From a virus (Duplodnaviria; Caudoviricetes), in IMG/VR virus record IMGVR_UViG_3300021387_000688: a stretch of 64,000 nucleotides of DNA; one strand, given 5' to 3'. The position numbers were made by a program, and so were the translations under genes. Positions within the stretch are counted from its first letter, which is position 1. Each line of letters begins with the position of its first letter. Of this stretch, positions 18,884-29,154 are shown piece after piece. The notes under the pieces were generated by a model, which was not told the DNA's origin, did not search any database, and saw nothing but the letters and a program-made list of their open reading frames with translations.

Positions 18884-19077
18884 TACTTAATCTCCTTTGC
18901 TATTTTAAGGCAACGTTCAATAGTATCTTTATCTATTTCAGCTACAACTTCTGCCAAAGCTTCCTTCTGTTTCTTTTCAAAATCTTTGTGAGCTTGGTTC
19001 GCTGTTGGAATCTTTTCTTTCTTGGCTCTTTTAGCCTTTTCATCTTTCATCCATTTCTGTGCCAATACGCCTACCAT
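18883..19077 (-). CDS. hypothetical protein
   Basis: GAGGAG RBS. Confidence 0.6.
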   Translation of the reverse strand: MVGVLAQKWMKDEKAKRAKKEKIPTANQAHKDFEKKQKEALAEVVAEIDKDTIERCLKIAKEIK

Positions 19078-19080
19078 AAA

Positions 19081-19383
19081 TTACTCCTCAAACCCATCCA
19101 CCATCATTTGGTCTAAAGCATCCGATAGAAACTTTGGGCTTATTATTGCTTTATCATAATCTTCATCTTGTTTACATAAATGAGATTTTATGCAATTAAT
19201 GATTTTAAGAGATAGTTGAGATTCAAGTTTTGTAATCCGCTTTTCTCTTGACCCGGCGCCATCTATATACCCTTCTTCATAGCAGTCGTGTCTAACAAGT
19301 TGTATTGAATCACAGATTTGTGGACTTGGATATTTTTCAAATGCTTGTTCTTCTGCTTCTTTTTCAAGTTCGTCTCTATCCAT
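19081..19383 (-). CDS. hypothetical protein
   Basis: GAGG RBS, operon packing. Confidence 0.6.
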   Translation of the reverse strand: MDRDELEKEAEEQAFEKYPSPQICDSIQLVRHDCYEEGYIDGAGSREKRITKLESQLSLKIINCIKSHLCKQDEDYDKAIISPKFLSDALDQMMVDGFEE

Positions 19384-19523
19384 TCTTTATTTCCTCGTAA
19401 TAGTCCCTAGTACTTAAATCATGTAAATAGTCACCTGGTTTACAGTCAATAAACTTACTTATATCGATGCTTGCTATTTCTAGCATTTGACGCAGGTGTT
19501 CAAGTTCTAAAAGCAATAACTCA

Positions 19524-20270
19524 TCATCCATTTTTTAATTCATTCCATCTAGTAATAAGAATTTCAGCCAACAACTCATCACTCATTCCGTACATTCCAA
19601 AACTGAATCCATCAGTCATTTCGATAAGAGCGATATCTCCTTTATTTGTAACTCCTGCATCCAAACAATATGCGGAATTACCTTCTTTATTTTCATCGGC
19701 CATTTGCTGAACCGTTTCAAAAAGACGTTCCCGGTATTTTATATAATCATAAGTATTAAAGTTTAGATAATGATAACAACCTCTTAATTTACCGTTAACA
19801 ATTGGGCATCTAAATTCTGAAGTAAAATGAATAATATCGGAACACCAGATATTTACATTATTACCTGCTCCCCTTGCATTCTGACTTATGTCATCAATAG
19901 ATTCGCAAACGAAACCTGTAAATCTTTTTAACTTACCTCGAGGTTTAATAAAGATTGGCTTGTTCAAATAACCTGTTTCAAAAATCTCATTACGAATGGC
20001 TTTCATTGTAGAAGGCCAAACATTTCTGAGTAAATACTTTCTAAGACTTTCAGGGTAATCTGTATAAGAATAATCTATTCCAAGTTGTCTCATTGCTGCA
20101 TACATAGCAGGTATGTCTCCCGCAATGAAATCATCTTTTGTGATTTTTAGTTTATTCTGTACAATTTGTTTTCGATAAAAAGTTTTATAATTCCCTTCGC
20201 CAAAATATCTTGCCAAGGCTTCTTCTTCAGGAGAGAATTTTGAGTTGTCCATTAATTGAAGATAGTTCAT
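19524..20270 (-). CDS. ATP-grasp protein (R2K/DUF4343-like)
   Basis: DYPESLRKYL.R, IFIKP...K.FTGFV, SEFR, AYCLDAG, LIE..DGFSFG.YG. Confidence 0.8.
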   Translation of the reverse strand: MNYLQLMDNSKFSPEEEALARYFGEGNYKTFYRKQIVQNKLKITKDDFIAGDIPAMYAAMRQLGIDYSYTDYPESLRKYLLRNVWPSTMKAIRNEIFETGYLNKPIFIKPRGKLKRFTGFVCESIDDISQNARGAGNNVNIWCSDIIHFTSEFRCPIVNGKLRGCYHYLNFNTYDYIKYRERLFETVQQMADENKEGNSAYCLDAGVTNKGDIALIEMTDGFSFGMYGMSDELLAEILITRWNELKNG

Positions 20271-20293
20271 TTTTTGTCTCCACTCTGGTATTT

Positions 20294-20491
20294 TTAATTA
20301 TCCCATTCTCCATTATCTATTTTTACACCGCAGCCTAAAATAGCTGTTTTTGTTTTTGGATCATAAGATAAAATATGTTGGCCTATTCTAAGCTCTAGTT
20401 CTTTCTTATCTTCTTCCCAATTTTTTGAATTTAAATATTTCTCGTCAAAGAGTGCACTAGATAAATCTTCTTTATTATCTTGCTTTAACAT
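20294..20491 (-). CDS. hypothetical protein
   Basis: operon packing. Confidence 0.5.
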   Translation of the reverse strand: MLKQDNKEDLSSALFDEKYLNSKNWEEDKKELELRIGQHILSYDPKTKTAILGCGVKIDNGEWDN

Positions 20492-20496
20492 ATATA

Positions 20497-20919
20497 CTAA
20501 TCCATTTCATTTTCTTCTTTTGCATAATCTACAAAGCTAGATACGAATGCCCGTACATCTTCGTAATAACTAGAATCAGGATCGTAATAGTCGAAATCTG
20601 GAAACATCTTCCATATTTTTCGAGATACATCTTCTGAGAAGATTTTATCATAAAGTTTGGGCCAAACTGTAGGGTCTTCATGATCCCATTTACACATGTT
20701 TCCTGCTCTATCGAAAGCTTTTTGAAGCATTCCAGCAACTGCTATGGCAGCCATATCTTCCTGGACTATAACATCCTGAAACTCATCGAACTCTCTTCCT
20801 GACAGCTCTTTTAAGTATGATTCTATGTCTCCATAGCCTCTAGCTGTTATTACATCTTGAGCCGCGATTTTAAGCATTTGCTTAAACTTATCGGTATCAT
20901 GTATTTCGTCTAAAATCAT
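20497..20919 (-). CDS. hypothetical protein
   Basis: AAGGTG RBS. Confidence 0.65.
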   Translation of the reverse strand: MILDEIHDTDKFKQMLKIAAQDVITARGYGDIESYLKELSGREFDEFQDVIVQEDMAAIAVAGMLQKAFDRAGNMCKWDHEDPTVWPKLYDKIFSEDVSRKIWKMFPDFDYYDPDSSYYEDVRAFVSSFVDYAKEENEMD

Positions 20920-20943
20920 TTTTTTTCACACCTTTTTAATAAT

Positions 20944-21138
20944 TTAGATATAGTCCGGATTCTGTCTTTGAACGGCCAATGTAGAATCGATACCATCCGA
21001 ATGGCCTTCATCGTATCCTTTATCATAACCAACTTTTGCAGCATCGCAAAATATTTCTACGCATTGTTTTCTTAACCAATCCGGTTCTGAGTAGCCATGT
21101 TCTTTAGCATATTTATTTGCTATTTCTGTAAAATCCAT
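20944..21138 (-). CDS. hypothetical protein
   Basis: GGAG RBS; GYDKGYDEG repeat. Confidence 0.55.
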   Translation of the reverse strand: MDFTEIANKYAKEHGYSEPDWLRKQCVEIFCDAAKVGYDKGYDEGHSDGIDSTLAVQRQNPDYI

Positions 21139-21141
21139 ATT

Positions 21142-21597
21142 TTATTTCTCCGGTAATGCATTTGTTTCAATTACAACCCATCCGACATTGTCTGGGGTTT
21201 CAACAGATTCATATCCATCATAATCTGTAATACGGTACATTGGAGTAGAGATTTCTTCGATTCTTAATTTTGCACAACTACCATTTACTTCTTCTCCAAG
21301 TGCTTCAACTACAGCTACAAGATCTTCATCATGGCGAGGAATTTTATAAATATCGTATTCCATACATTCATCTGGAATTTCATCTACGAGAACATCGCCA
21401 TAATCCTTTGTAACAAAATAATATGTATCAAGACTGCTGCAGTTATCAAAATCCGTTACTTTGATATAGTTGTTGTTTTTGTAATCTAATGCGTAAACGA
21501 AAACTTCTTTACCAGTTTTTCTTTCCCAGAGAAGTTTTTCAGCTTTTGGAGAGAGTGAGAATCCGCCATAACAAGCATTGTATACTACTTTGTACAT
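21142..21597 (-). CDS. conserved phage hypothetical protein
   Basis: KVVYNACYGGFSLS...RHD.DLV.VVE.LG...YDGYE pattern. Confidence 0.75.
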   Translation of the reverse strand: MYKVVYNACYGGFSLSPKAEKLLWERKTGKEVFVYALDYKNNNYIKVTDFDNCSSLDTYYFVTKDYGDVLVDEIPDECMEYDIYKIPRHDEDLVAVVEALGEEVNGSCAKLRIEEISTPMYRITDYDGYESVETPDNVGWVVIETNALPEK

Positions 21598-21634
21598 AAA
21601 TACCTCTTGTTTATAATATAGAAATTTTAGAGGG

Positions 21635-22381
21635 CTATTGTTTCCAATAACAGTACAAACATTTATGAGGACAAACTTTTTTGACAGGGATTAATTCTTT
21701 TTTCAATGCAAGGCAACCACAAGCAGGTCTTTGACCGCCTTTGAATTCCTTTTCCAATTCGATTCCTAAAATATCTAAATCAATTTTAGAAACGCATCCA
21801 TTGCAAGGAATTCCTGGTTCACCGCAAACTTCTAATTTTATAGTGTTATGATTTGCAAAAACTTCCAACCAATCTTTTCTTACATTTAATGGAAGGTGCA
21901 TATCATCACCATAATGTTTCTTTAGATGTTCTTTTACTTGCGGGTATTTATCTAAACGATTCCAAACATGGTTGTACATATCCATGAAGGAAATTCTGAT
22001 TCTTAAACTATGGTCATGCCCAAACTTTAATATTTTAGCCACATTCTTTTTATAAGCTTCTCCATCAAAGTCTGTACCTTTATAATCAAAAAGCGCAGGG
22101 CAAATTGGATCGCATCTTAATACAACATGTTTCTTTTGATATTCATTTAAGTTACTTATATAATTTAATACTTCATCAACCGGAGGGGTATTTGGTTCAA
22201 ATATTGTACCACTTAAACCTGTACAGGAAATATGGAAAATGATATTGGAAGGATAAGCCCCTAAGAAATGTTTATGGACTCTTGGGAAGTTTTTTGAAAT
22301 TAAAATTGTAGGCTGATAGGAAGCCCACTTTTCCCAATCACTGCAAAACACAGGATCAAATCCTTCAGTTATTCCTATCAA
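21635..22381 (-). CDS. DUF1848 / radical-SAM-fold (SPL-related) protein
   Basis: EPNTP, LRCDPI, ISFMD.Y, QRPACGC, C-terminal CPHKCLYCY. Confidence 0.7.
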   Translation of the reverse strand: MIGITEGFDPVFCSDWEKWASYQPTILISKNFPRVHKHFLGAYPSNIIFHISCTGLSGTIFEPNTPPVDEVLNYISNLNEYQKKHVVLRCDPICPALFDYKGTDFDGEAYKKNVAKILKFGHDHSLRIRISFMDMYNHVWNRLDKYPQVKEHLKKHYGDDMHLPLNVRKDWLEVFANHNTIKLEVCGEPGIPCNGCVSKIDLDILGIELEKEFKGGQRPACGCLALKKELIPVKKVCPHKCLYCYWKQ

Positions 22382-22722
22382 TCTCCAATCTCCTTTATAT
22401 CGTTGTAAAGTCCTTCGAAGAACTTTAAGCTTTCTTCTGTTTTTTCAATCCATCCACTTCTTGGAGAAGTTCCGTAATCACCGTACATTAAAACAAACAT
22501 TGTCCAATAAGTATTTAATTCCTTATCATGATACCAATCTTTGTTAATATCATCTGTTGAAAGATAATGGCTGGATTCGTCTTGATTGAATTCCTTAAAT
22601 CTATCCCCAATTGTTTTAATTGCTTCCGCGCCAACATTATACCAAAGTGCATCTACTAATGCTCTATAGGTTTTATCGTTTTCATATCTTTCAGTCAATT
22701 TTAATTTTCTCCTCTCATGCAA
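22378..22722 (-). CDS. hypothetical protein
   Basis: DYGTSPRSGW motif; operon packing. Confidence 0.65.
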   Translation of the reverse strand: MHERRKLKLTERYENDKTYRALVDALWYNVGAEAIKTIGDRFKEFNQDESSHYLSTDDINKDWYHDKELNTYWTMFVLMYGDYGTSPRSGWIEKTEESLKFFEGLYNDIKEIGD

Positions 22723-22961
22723 AAAGAAACACCGTCGGCTGTAATAAGTTTAGGCACTTTATCTTCTATAAAAACTCCATTTTCTATGTGCCCGAAACTT
22801 CTTGTAATCATAATAAGGCTTCCATCTTCTCTAACTTGCATTTCAGAATCGTTATGCTCTCTGTTCCATTTATCGGCTATACATTCTAAAGCCTGAGGGG
22901 TAAATTGTCGCCAATTCTTATTTGGAACATTAGGTTTAGCTAATTCAAATGTAAAAGTCAT
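22701..22961 (-). CDS. hypothetical protein
   Basis: GAGG RBS. Confidence 0.55.
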   Translation of the reverse strand: MTFTFELAKPNVPNKNWRQFTPQALECIADKWNREHNDSEMQVREDGSLIMITRSFGHIENGVFIEDKVPKLITADGVSFCMRGEN

Positions 22962-22962
22962 T

Positions 22963-23136
22963 TTAATCCTCGTGAATGATTTTAATGTTTTTACCTCTTT
23001 CTTTTACATGGTTGATAGTTTTTTTCTTTTCCATGTAATCTATAACCATACAAGTTACTAAGAGAATCAAAACTATTAATCCTACAATTATTCCGCAAGC
23101 CAATGCAATAAGTCGGAACGTTTCCCCAATATTCAT
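22963..23136 (-). CDS. small single-pass membrane protein (below ORF-track cutoff)
   Basis: MNIGETFRLIALACGIIVGLIVLILLV... Confidence 0.55.
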   Translation of the reverse strand: MNIGETFRLIALACGIIVGLIVLILLVTCMVIDYMEKKKTINHVKERGKNIKIIHED

Positions 23137-23296
23137 TTAACCCTCATTTACTGCTTCTACAGCATCGCTGTATCTTTCAATACTATAAACAAGAGCAGGG
23201 TCATTAAAATATTCTAAAAACAATGCCTTCAAAAGAATTGCAGCATTATCCAAATTCATATGATCTGCAACTACATGCCCGTCCTGATCAACTACT

Positions 23297-23770
23297 CTAT
23301 ACTCCCATTCTGCCATTTTCTTCTCCTTCTAAAAATTGCATCCAAAAATAAGGATCGCGTTTATATTTTGTAATTTGATTTGCGTTAATACAATTTACTT
23401 GAAAATAATTTTTTAATTTTTCATAGTATTTTTCTTTCATCTCTTTGATAGGATCCCCTTTTGGTTTTGATCCAAAAATCCTATCAATAAATTCTTTTGC
23501 AGTTTCGCAGAAAGCAGGTGTCGGGGTATCGATGGTTTCAATGTGTAGCATTTTCATATCACCATTCAAATCCATTTTAGATACTTCATAAGTGTAAACA
23601 GTAATTATTCTTAAATTAGGAATAAAACCATCATCAGAATTGTAAACTAATTCCTTAAAGGCTCCAGGTTTTTCATAACCTCCATCAAGAATGTATTTAC
23701 CTCTGTTGATTATTTCGACCCCGTCTATGTCCTTAAATTCAAAGACATTGCAAAACTCCATTAAATTCAT
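23297..23770 (-). CDS. hypothetical protein
   Basis: ATGA overlap. Confidence 0.65.
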   Translation of the reverse strand: MNLMEFCNVFEFKDIDGVEIINRGKYILDGGYEKPGAFKELVYNSDDGFIPNLRIITVYTYEVSKMDLNGDMKMLHIETIDTPTPAFCETAKEFIDRIFGSKPKGDPIKEMKEKYYEKLKNYFQVNCINANQITKYKRDPYFWMQFLEGEENGRMGV

Positions 23771-24168
23771 TTCTGCGGTATCCCCATATATTCTTCATTA
23801 TATTCTTTAGGACTCATTATTTCCTTAAGAGTGTCAACCCCATCATAATATGAGGAAACATAATTAAAAGAAGGAATCAAATTTCCAAATTTAACTTCTT
23901 CTTCCGCTTTAGAATCTTTTCCAGTTAAGATAGGTTCTCCTGCGGGAACTAAATCCTTTTCTTTGAAAGAAGGGTGAGTAAAAATCTCTAAAGAAATACC
24001 TTTACATTTTGGGTCTTTATCCCATTCAATCTTAAAGGCTTTCATAAATGCATCGTCATCAGGGTTGTATATAACTCTTAGAGTATCTAAAAATCTTGTC
24101 TTTGCCCAATGCAAAAAGTCGTTACGGAGACTTTTATAACCTTTGAAATGTTTATTCTTTGCAAACAT
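23767..24168 (-). CDS. hypothetical protein
   Basis: operon packing. Confidence 0.65.
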   Translation of the reverse strand: MFAKNKHFKGYKSLRNDFLHWAKTRFLDTLRVIYNPDDDAFMKAFKIEWDKDPKCKGISLEIFTHPSFKEKDLVPAGEPILTGKDSKAEEEVKFGNLIPSFNYVSSYYDGVDTLKEIMSPKEYNEEYMGIPQK

Positions 24169-24169
24169 A

Positions 24170-24778
24170 TTATACCGGCTTTGGTGTAAGCCACTCCTTG
24201 AGTTTATTTTTCAAGTCCTCTTCATGGTATGAAGAACATATAGAATCCCAGCTACATGAAGAACTTGCATAGGAAAGTCTCAACTTTCCATAATCTAAAT
24301 AAAGCAAATGTTCCCTGTCTAATTTTTCTGTATCAGGAATTGTCAATTCATAAAGATGGTCGAAAACATCATCCTGTATTTTGAAAATAACTTCAAATGC
24401 ATTTTCTCCCCATCCAAAATACCTAATCTCTTGAATACCAATGTGATAACCTAACATATCACTAATACGGTGAGTAAGGTATTCGAATTGTTCTTTTTCT
24501 TCATACCTTTTTCTATGGTCAATTTTCTCGCCAGAGTTTAACATTTTGAGCCATTTAGCGGTTCCATGAATTGCATAAGTTAAATGCAAATACCTTCCGC
24601 GGAGAGTGTCTTTCAAAGTACTCAATTCATCTTCAAAAGCCAGTTGTGCCAATTTCATATACTTTGCGGCTTCTTTTTCCATTTCCAAAGTAAGTTCGTG
24701 AGCCTGCTCTATAGCCAAAAACTTCTTCTGCTCATCCATGGCTTTTTGATATTCAAAAAAATCTATAGTTTCACTCAT
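24170..24778 (-). CDS. hypothetical protein
   Basis: AGGAGG RBS. Confidence 0.7.
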   Translation of the reverse strand: MSETIDFFEYQKAMDEQKKFLAIEQAHELTLEMEKEAAKYMKLAQLAFEDELSTLKDTLRGRYLHLTYAIHGTAKWLKMLNSGEKIDHRKRYEEKEQFEYLTHRISDMLGYHIGIQEIRYFGWGENAFEVIFKIQDDVFDHLYELTIPDTEKLDREHLLYLDYGKLRLSYASSSCSWDSICSSYHEEDLKNKLKEWLTPKPV

Positions 24779-24806
24779 AATTTATACCTCCTGGTATTAA
24801 TAAATA

Positions 24807-25304
24807 CTAGATAGATCCCTGAGTTGGAGGAATTAATTCGCAAACATCTACATCTACTTCCAATCCCAATTTCTCTAATTGGATTCTTTGGGCTTCGGTT
24901 ACAATTAATCCTTCGCTGTACCAAATATTTGAACGACTAGCAGAATTGTAATAAACTTTTACCCAACCTTCTTTTTCCAACTGCTTCTCTGATTTCTTAA
25001 AATACAGTTCGGCAACTTTAGCATGGTCTTCATATTTACAACCATAGAATCTTCCATCTGGAGAAATCCATCCCAGTAGAAGAGAATTATCGATGAGATA
25101 AGACCAATCCAAATCTGTCCAATCGTTGGCTTCTACAACTTTGGAATACTTCCACATTTCGTCGTTAGGATCAGCCTTATGTCTTCCTCCTACGCGGTTG
25201 TAAAGATAACCATCTTCGTATTCCCACCAACCGTTGTATTCGAAAGTACCATCATCTTTTTTATAAGTTTCTAAAACGAATCTTTTCATTATTTGTATCT
25301 CCAC
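24807..25304 (-). CDS. hypothetical protein with GWISPDG...H...GWVKV domain
   Basis: ORF; start may be MKRF about 15 nt downstream. Confidence 0.7.
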   Translation of the reverse strand: MEIQIMKRFVLETYKKDDGTFEYNGWWEYEDGYLYNRVGGRHKADPNDEMWKYSKVVEANDWTDLDWSYLIDNSLLLGWISPDGRFYGCKYEDHAKVAELYFKKSEKQLEKEGWVKVYYNSASRSNIWYSEGLIVTEAQRIQLEKLGLEVDVDVCELIPPTQGSI

Positions 25305-25684
25305 TTATAAACTTTGATATGTTTCATTTCGTCAGCTTTAAGCCAACCCAATCTCATAGAAAACCAAACTTCATCTCCGTCCTGGTCTATTACGTTTTCT
25401 GTAATCCCATCCCTAACAATTGGAGGGAAGTCATTCAATTCTGTATAATGCCAACCTTCCATGTTATTTCTATTGAGATGGGCTTTATCTTTTTCATATG
25501 CATTTCTTACTTCTGCACATTCTGGACAATACCATCTTTTATTAGACTTGCTGTAAACCCAGTTTTTTGCTTCGGCGCTATTCTTCAATGCTCCGTAATT
25601 CTGTAACAACTGTTGCGGGTATGATTTAATAGTTTCATTAAATTCAATTCCGCAAAAATCACATTTAATGCAAATATGTATCAT
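25289..25684 (-). CDS. Zn-finger-containing hypothetical protein
   Basis: CDFC...CPEC. Confidence 0.65.
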   Translation of the reverse strand: MIHICIKCDFCGIEFNETIKSYPQQLLQNYGALKNSAEAKNWVYSKSNKRWYCPECAEVRNAYEKDKAHLNRNNMEGWHYTELNDFPPIVRDGITENVIDQDGDEVWFSMRLGWLKADEMKHIKVYKWRYK

Positions 25685-25694
25685 GCCTTATTCC

Positions 25695-27575
25695 TTAAAC
25701 ATATTCGTTCATTTTATTGCTTTTAATAACAATCTTTTCATTATCATTAAAGCAAACGTTATCCCAGAATTCTTTAGAATAATTGAAAGTATAATCCTTT
25801 CCTTCTTCATTAAGTCCAACAATTAATTCGCAATTAGCATTAGAATAGTTGCTATTTTGTTTAGTATGTTCGTTGTACGTACCTGCAATAGGATGTAAGT
25901 TTAATTCTTTCAAGTAATTGCAAATCCATTTACCAGTAGGAGTCTGATATTCATATTCCGGATCATATCCTGCATCTTCTATCCATAATCCAACCTTCAA
26001 AGTATTTGGGACCTTGGTTAAAGGAATCAAATGTTTTATATTTATTTCATTACCTGAATAAACTTTCCAATTATCACATGCTTCGTAATAATTGTCCATT
26101 TCGGAAAGAGCTATTACTTGATGCTTTGTAAGGAAAGGGAATTTATCATCATGCTCCTTATAGTCTTCTACAAAATGGAATAATCTTAAACCGCTCAACT
26201 CTGGAGGAGTCAATGCATGTTCTTCAGATCTGTTAGTAGCATATACAAAATTCTTATTTAATTTTGCACAAACACATTCTCTGTCATCTGCATGAGCTAC
26301 AGGTAAATTCAAAGCTTCTTTCATAGGGATAGGAGTTTTGTATATAAATCCTATACTGTTTCCTTCATAATAGGAAGGATAATATTCTCTCTCGTTATTC
26401 AAGTATCTTGGTTTAGCAATATAAGCTATAAGGGATTTAGGCATCCAAGGAGTTTTTACATTTTCTTTCCAATCCCTTCCAGAAGAATGAAGCAACCCAT
26501 CTTCTTTTCTTTCAAACGTTATAAAAGGTTTGTTAGATTTATATTCTACCATAGCCCTGTATATACCCCATTCTTCTTTTGAGATACGAGACCCTTCAGG
26601 GTAAAATCTTCTAACCGTTTTAATCCATTTATCTTTATATTTTTCTACAGTTTCAAATCTTTCAAGAATTGTTTGAAAGATTTCATCTTCCCATTCAGGT
26701 TTCTCTAAAATAAGAGAAATTTCTTCTTCATAAAGTTTACAATTGTTAGAAATTCCTTTTTCTGCTAACAATTTTTCCCATTTAACTTTAAGACTATAAT
26801 CGTGAGGAACTGCAGGAATTTCTCGACCAAATATACCTGAAGTACTTATTTCTGCAGCGTATACCGGTTCTTCAATATCCTTTGCTTCAGGTAACCATAA
26901 AAAGTCCTTATGCTTCTTTAAGAAAGTAGATGCAGAAACTACTTCTGCTTCTTTTAAATTATAAGCATCTACAACTTCTGGATCAAATTGTTTTAGGATT
27001 TCTTCTGTAGAATCTTTTAAAGAAGCTTTTCCTAAGTACAAATATTTTGCATTAGAATCTGGACTGTTATTCATTCTAATGCTACCTGCTATCTGGGATG
27101 CAACTTCCGCATTAGGCGCCTTTATCAAGTAAGGATGAGAAACTTTATTGTAATGAATTACAAATATGCAAGCAACTTTTTCATCTTCTTTTTCTGGATA
27201 AAAAACTGTACGAAAATCCTTCATGGTTTTGAATTTAAGTTCAGAAGGCCTTTTGATCTTCTCATAATCTTTTTCGAATTTTCTAAAGTTTATTGGAAGG
27301 ATATCGCTTTCATCTATAGGATAAATAAATTTGTAATAATTGTTTGAATAATCATCTTTAACACGGAAAACAGCGTCGCCTATATCCTTGTCACTCGCTT
27401 CATCGTATTTTCTTTTCTTATACCCAACACCATCCAATTTGAAAAGATGTCCAAGTTTTTCATTCTCTACATAATCTTTCAATTTAAGAAGGCTGTTATC
27501 CATAAAGGCTTTACTACCTTCTTTAGCTTTATCTGCCGTAAATACATTCAGTACTTTGTTTGGGTCGAATTCCAT
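25695..27575 (-). CDS. large multi-domain hypothetical protein
   Basis: 626 aa ORF, upstream GCTATAAT. Confidence 0.8.
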   Translation of the reverse strand: MEFDPNKVLNVFTADKAKEGSKAFMDNSLLKLKDYVENEKLGHLFKLDGVGYKKRKYDEASDKDIGDAVFRVKDDYSNNYYKFIYPIDESDILPINFRKFEKDYEKIKRPSELKFKTMKDFRTVFYPEKEDEKVACIFVIHYNKVSHPYLIKAPNAEVASQIAGSIRMNNSPDSNAKYLYLGKASLKDSTEEILKQFDPEVVDAYNLKEAEVVSASTFLKKHKDFLWLPEAKDIEEPVYAAEISTSGIFGREIPAVPHDYSLKVKWEKLLAEKGISNNCKLYEEEISLILEKPEWEDEIFQTILERFETVEKYKDKWIKTVRRFYPEGSRISKEEWGIYRAMVEYKSNKPFITFERKEDGLLHSSGRDWKENVKTPWMPKSLIAYIAKPRYLNNEREYYPSYYEGNSIGFIYKTPIPMKEALNLPVAHADDRECVCAKLNKNFVYATNRSEEHALTPPELSGLRLFHFVEDYKEHDDKFPFLTKHQVIALSEMDNYYEACDNWKVYSGNEINIKHLIPLTKVPNTLKVGLWIEDAGYDPEYEYQTPTGKWICNYLKELNLHPIAGTYNEHTKQNSNYSNANCELIVGLNEEGKDYTFNYSKEFWDNVCFNDNEKIVIKSNKMNEYV

Positions 27576-27672
27576 TTTAATTTCCTTTATAAGAGTTAAT
27601 GTTAATATTATAGCTTTTTTTGGAACCGCGTATAACTATATTTTTACTAAATATTAAATATAAGGAGACACT

Positions 27673-28398
27673 ATGGCAAAATATAATACACCATATAAAT
27701 ATGTTTTGGAAGGGATTCAAGACGCTATTGATATGGGATACCTTTCTGAAGACCGCAAGACTTGGTGGCTACAATGTAGTTGGCACATCAATGGAGAAGA
27801 CATAATTTGTTTCTTTGAAGTTCTTCAAATGTTGAAAATAGATGTATTTAGAAGAATGGGTGCACGTCCCGTTGTTATAGAATATACAGAAGGTGAAGAA
27901 GAAAACAATATAGAAGAAATAGGATTCGATGGCGGATACAAAATCTCATCTGAAAAATTCCCTCCAATTTATATAGGATGGTGTGCAGGTACAGGTGCAC
28001 CTGCAAAAGAATTGACACCTGTAACTAAATTGGCAATTAAAAATTCTACATTACCTTTTATAGAAAATAAATCAAAGAAAGCTAAGAAAGAAGCTAGGGT
28101 AAGTAATTTCGATTTAAGTCCTTATGATTTACGTAATCAAATTAAGAGTTATGTAAGAGGAAGATTGTATGATTTAGTAGGGGCTGATGGTGCAAGGAAT
28201 TTCAAAATCAATCAACCTAAATGGGATATGATATATGACGGTGCACAAGGTGGAACTAGCTTTGCAATCAGAACCCAAGGGGAAGATTACTATATGTCAA
28301 CTTTCATAAACTCGTCAATAGATTGGCAGGGTAAAGGATTCGAGGAATTCAAAGAAGATTTCGAAGATATGGTTCAAGAATGTTTTAAACAGATGTAG
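27673..28398 (+). CDS. two-module protein; putative virion cargo
   Basis: linker FIENKSKKAKKEA; C-terminal WQGKGFEEFKEDF repeat domain; upstream TACTAAAT. Confidence 0.75.
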   Translation: MAKYNTPYKYVLEGIQDAIDMGYLSEDRKTWWLQCSWHINGEDIICFFEVLQMLKIDVFRRMGARPVVIEYTEGEEENNIEEIGFDGGYKISSEKFPPIYIGWCAGTGAPAKELTPVTKLAIKNSTLPFIENKSKKAKKEARVSNFDLSPYDLRNQIKSYVRGRLYDLVGADGARNFKINQPKWDMIYDGAQGGTSFAIRTQGEDYYMSTFINSSIDWQGKGFEEFKEDFEDMVQECFKQM

Positions 28399-28410
28399 GA
28401 GAATAGAATT

Positions 28411-29145
28411 ATGTTAACAAAAGAAGATTTTATCAACAATTTCAAAGAGGCGCTTGAGGGTTCAGGTTATGAATTTAATGAAGCTAATTTAGACCGTGCT
28501 ATTAAATTCATGTTCAGGACTTATGCAACAGCATCTGAGGTAAAAGCTAATGCATATGATGAAGGAGAAAACCTTTCGTTAATAGACGTTAAATTAATGA
28601 TCAAAGACGACCTGGACACTCTGTTAAAAACAGGTCAATTTGAAGACCCTTTCGTAGAAGGTGCAATAGAAATGGGATTTGCAAACAACCTTGATGAAAT
28701 CCATGAAGGAGGACCAGATTCAAGCATAGGCGCAATCATCATTAAGAAAGAGAAGTCTGGCAGTTTGCACAAAAAGGTTGAGAGTATATTAAAAGGAGCT
28801 TTCAACAACCTTCTTTATTACGAAGTATCCAACAATGGAAAAGCTGCTAAAAGATTCTATGCAGTGGATGTACATGCAAGATATGATGATATAGGTCAAG
28901 GAGAGGCTTACGACTTCTTTGAGGAAACGGATCGACACGTAGATTACGCTTTTGTTCCTGCAAAATATGTAGAACCTTTCTTAGAATATGTTGCAGATGT
29001 ATTGAGAAAAAAGCATTTGTATAAAGGTTTATATATTTGCGGACTTCCAGTAAAACATGGTAGCGTAATCGCAGTAGAAACTGGTTGTATTCGTAGAGTA
29101 TTCTTCTCTTCTGAAGCAGCCAATGAAACAGCTGTAGCTATATAG
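28411..29145 (+). CDS. hypothetical protein in cargo cluster
   Basis: AGGAG RBS. Confidence 0.7.
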   Translation: MLTKEDFINNFKEALEGSGYEFNEANLDRAIKFMFRTYATASEVKANAYDEGENLSLIDVKLMIKDDLDTLLKTGQFEDPFVEGAIEMGFANNLDEIHEGGPDSSIGAIIIKKEKSGSLHKKVESILKGAFNNLLYYEVSNNGKAAKRFYAVDVHARYDDIGQGEAYDFFEETDRHVDYAFVPAKYVEPFLEYVADVLRKKHLYKGLYICGLPVKHGSVIAVETGCIRRVFFSSEAANETAVAI

Positions 29146-29154
29146 GAGTATTGG

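Noticed and set aside
22701-22961. Prohead protease (PNKNWRQF resembles the gp21 N-x-N-x-R motif)
   Set aside because: Only 86 aa with no recognisable catalytic His/Ser region, so the protease for the inferred system is not identified in this window.
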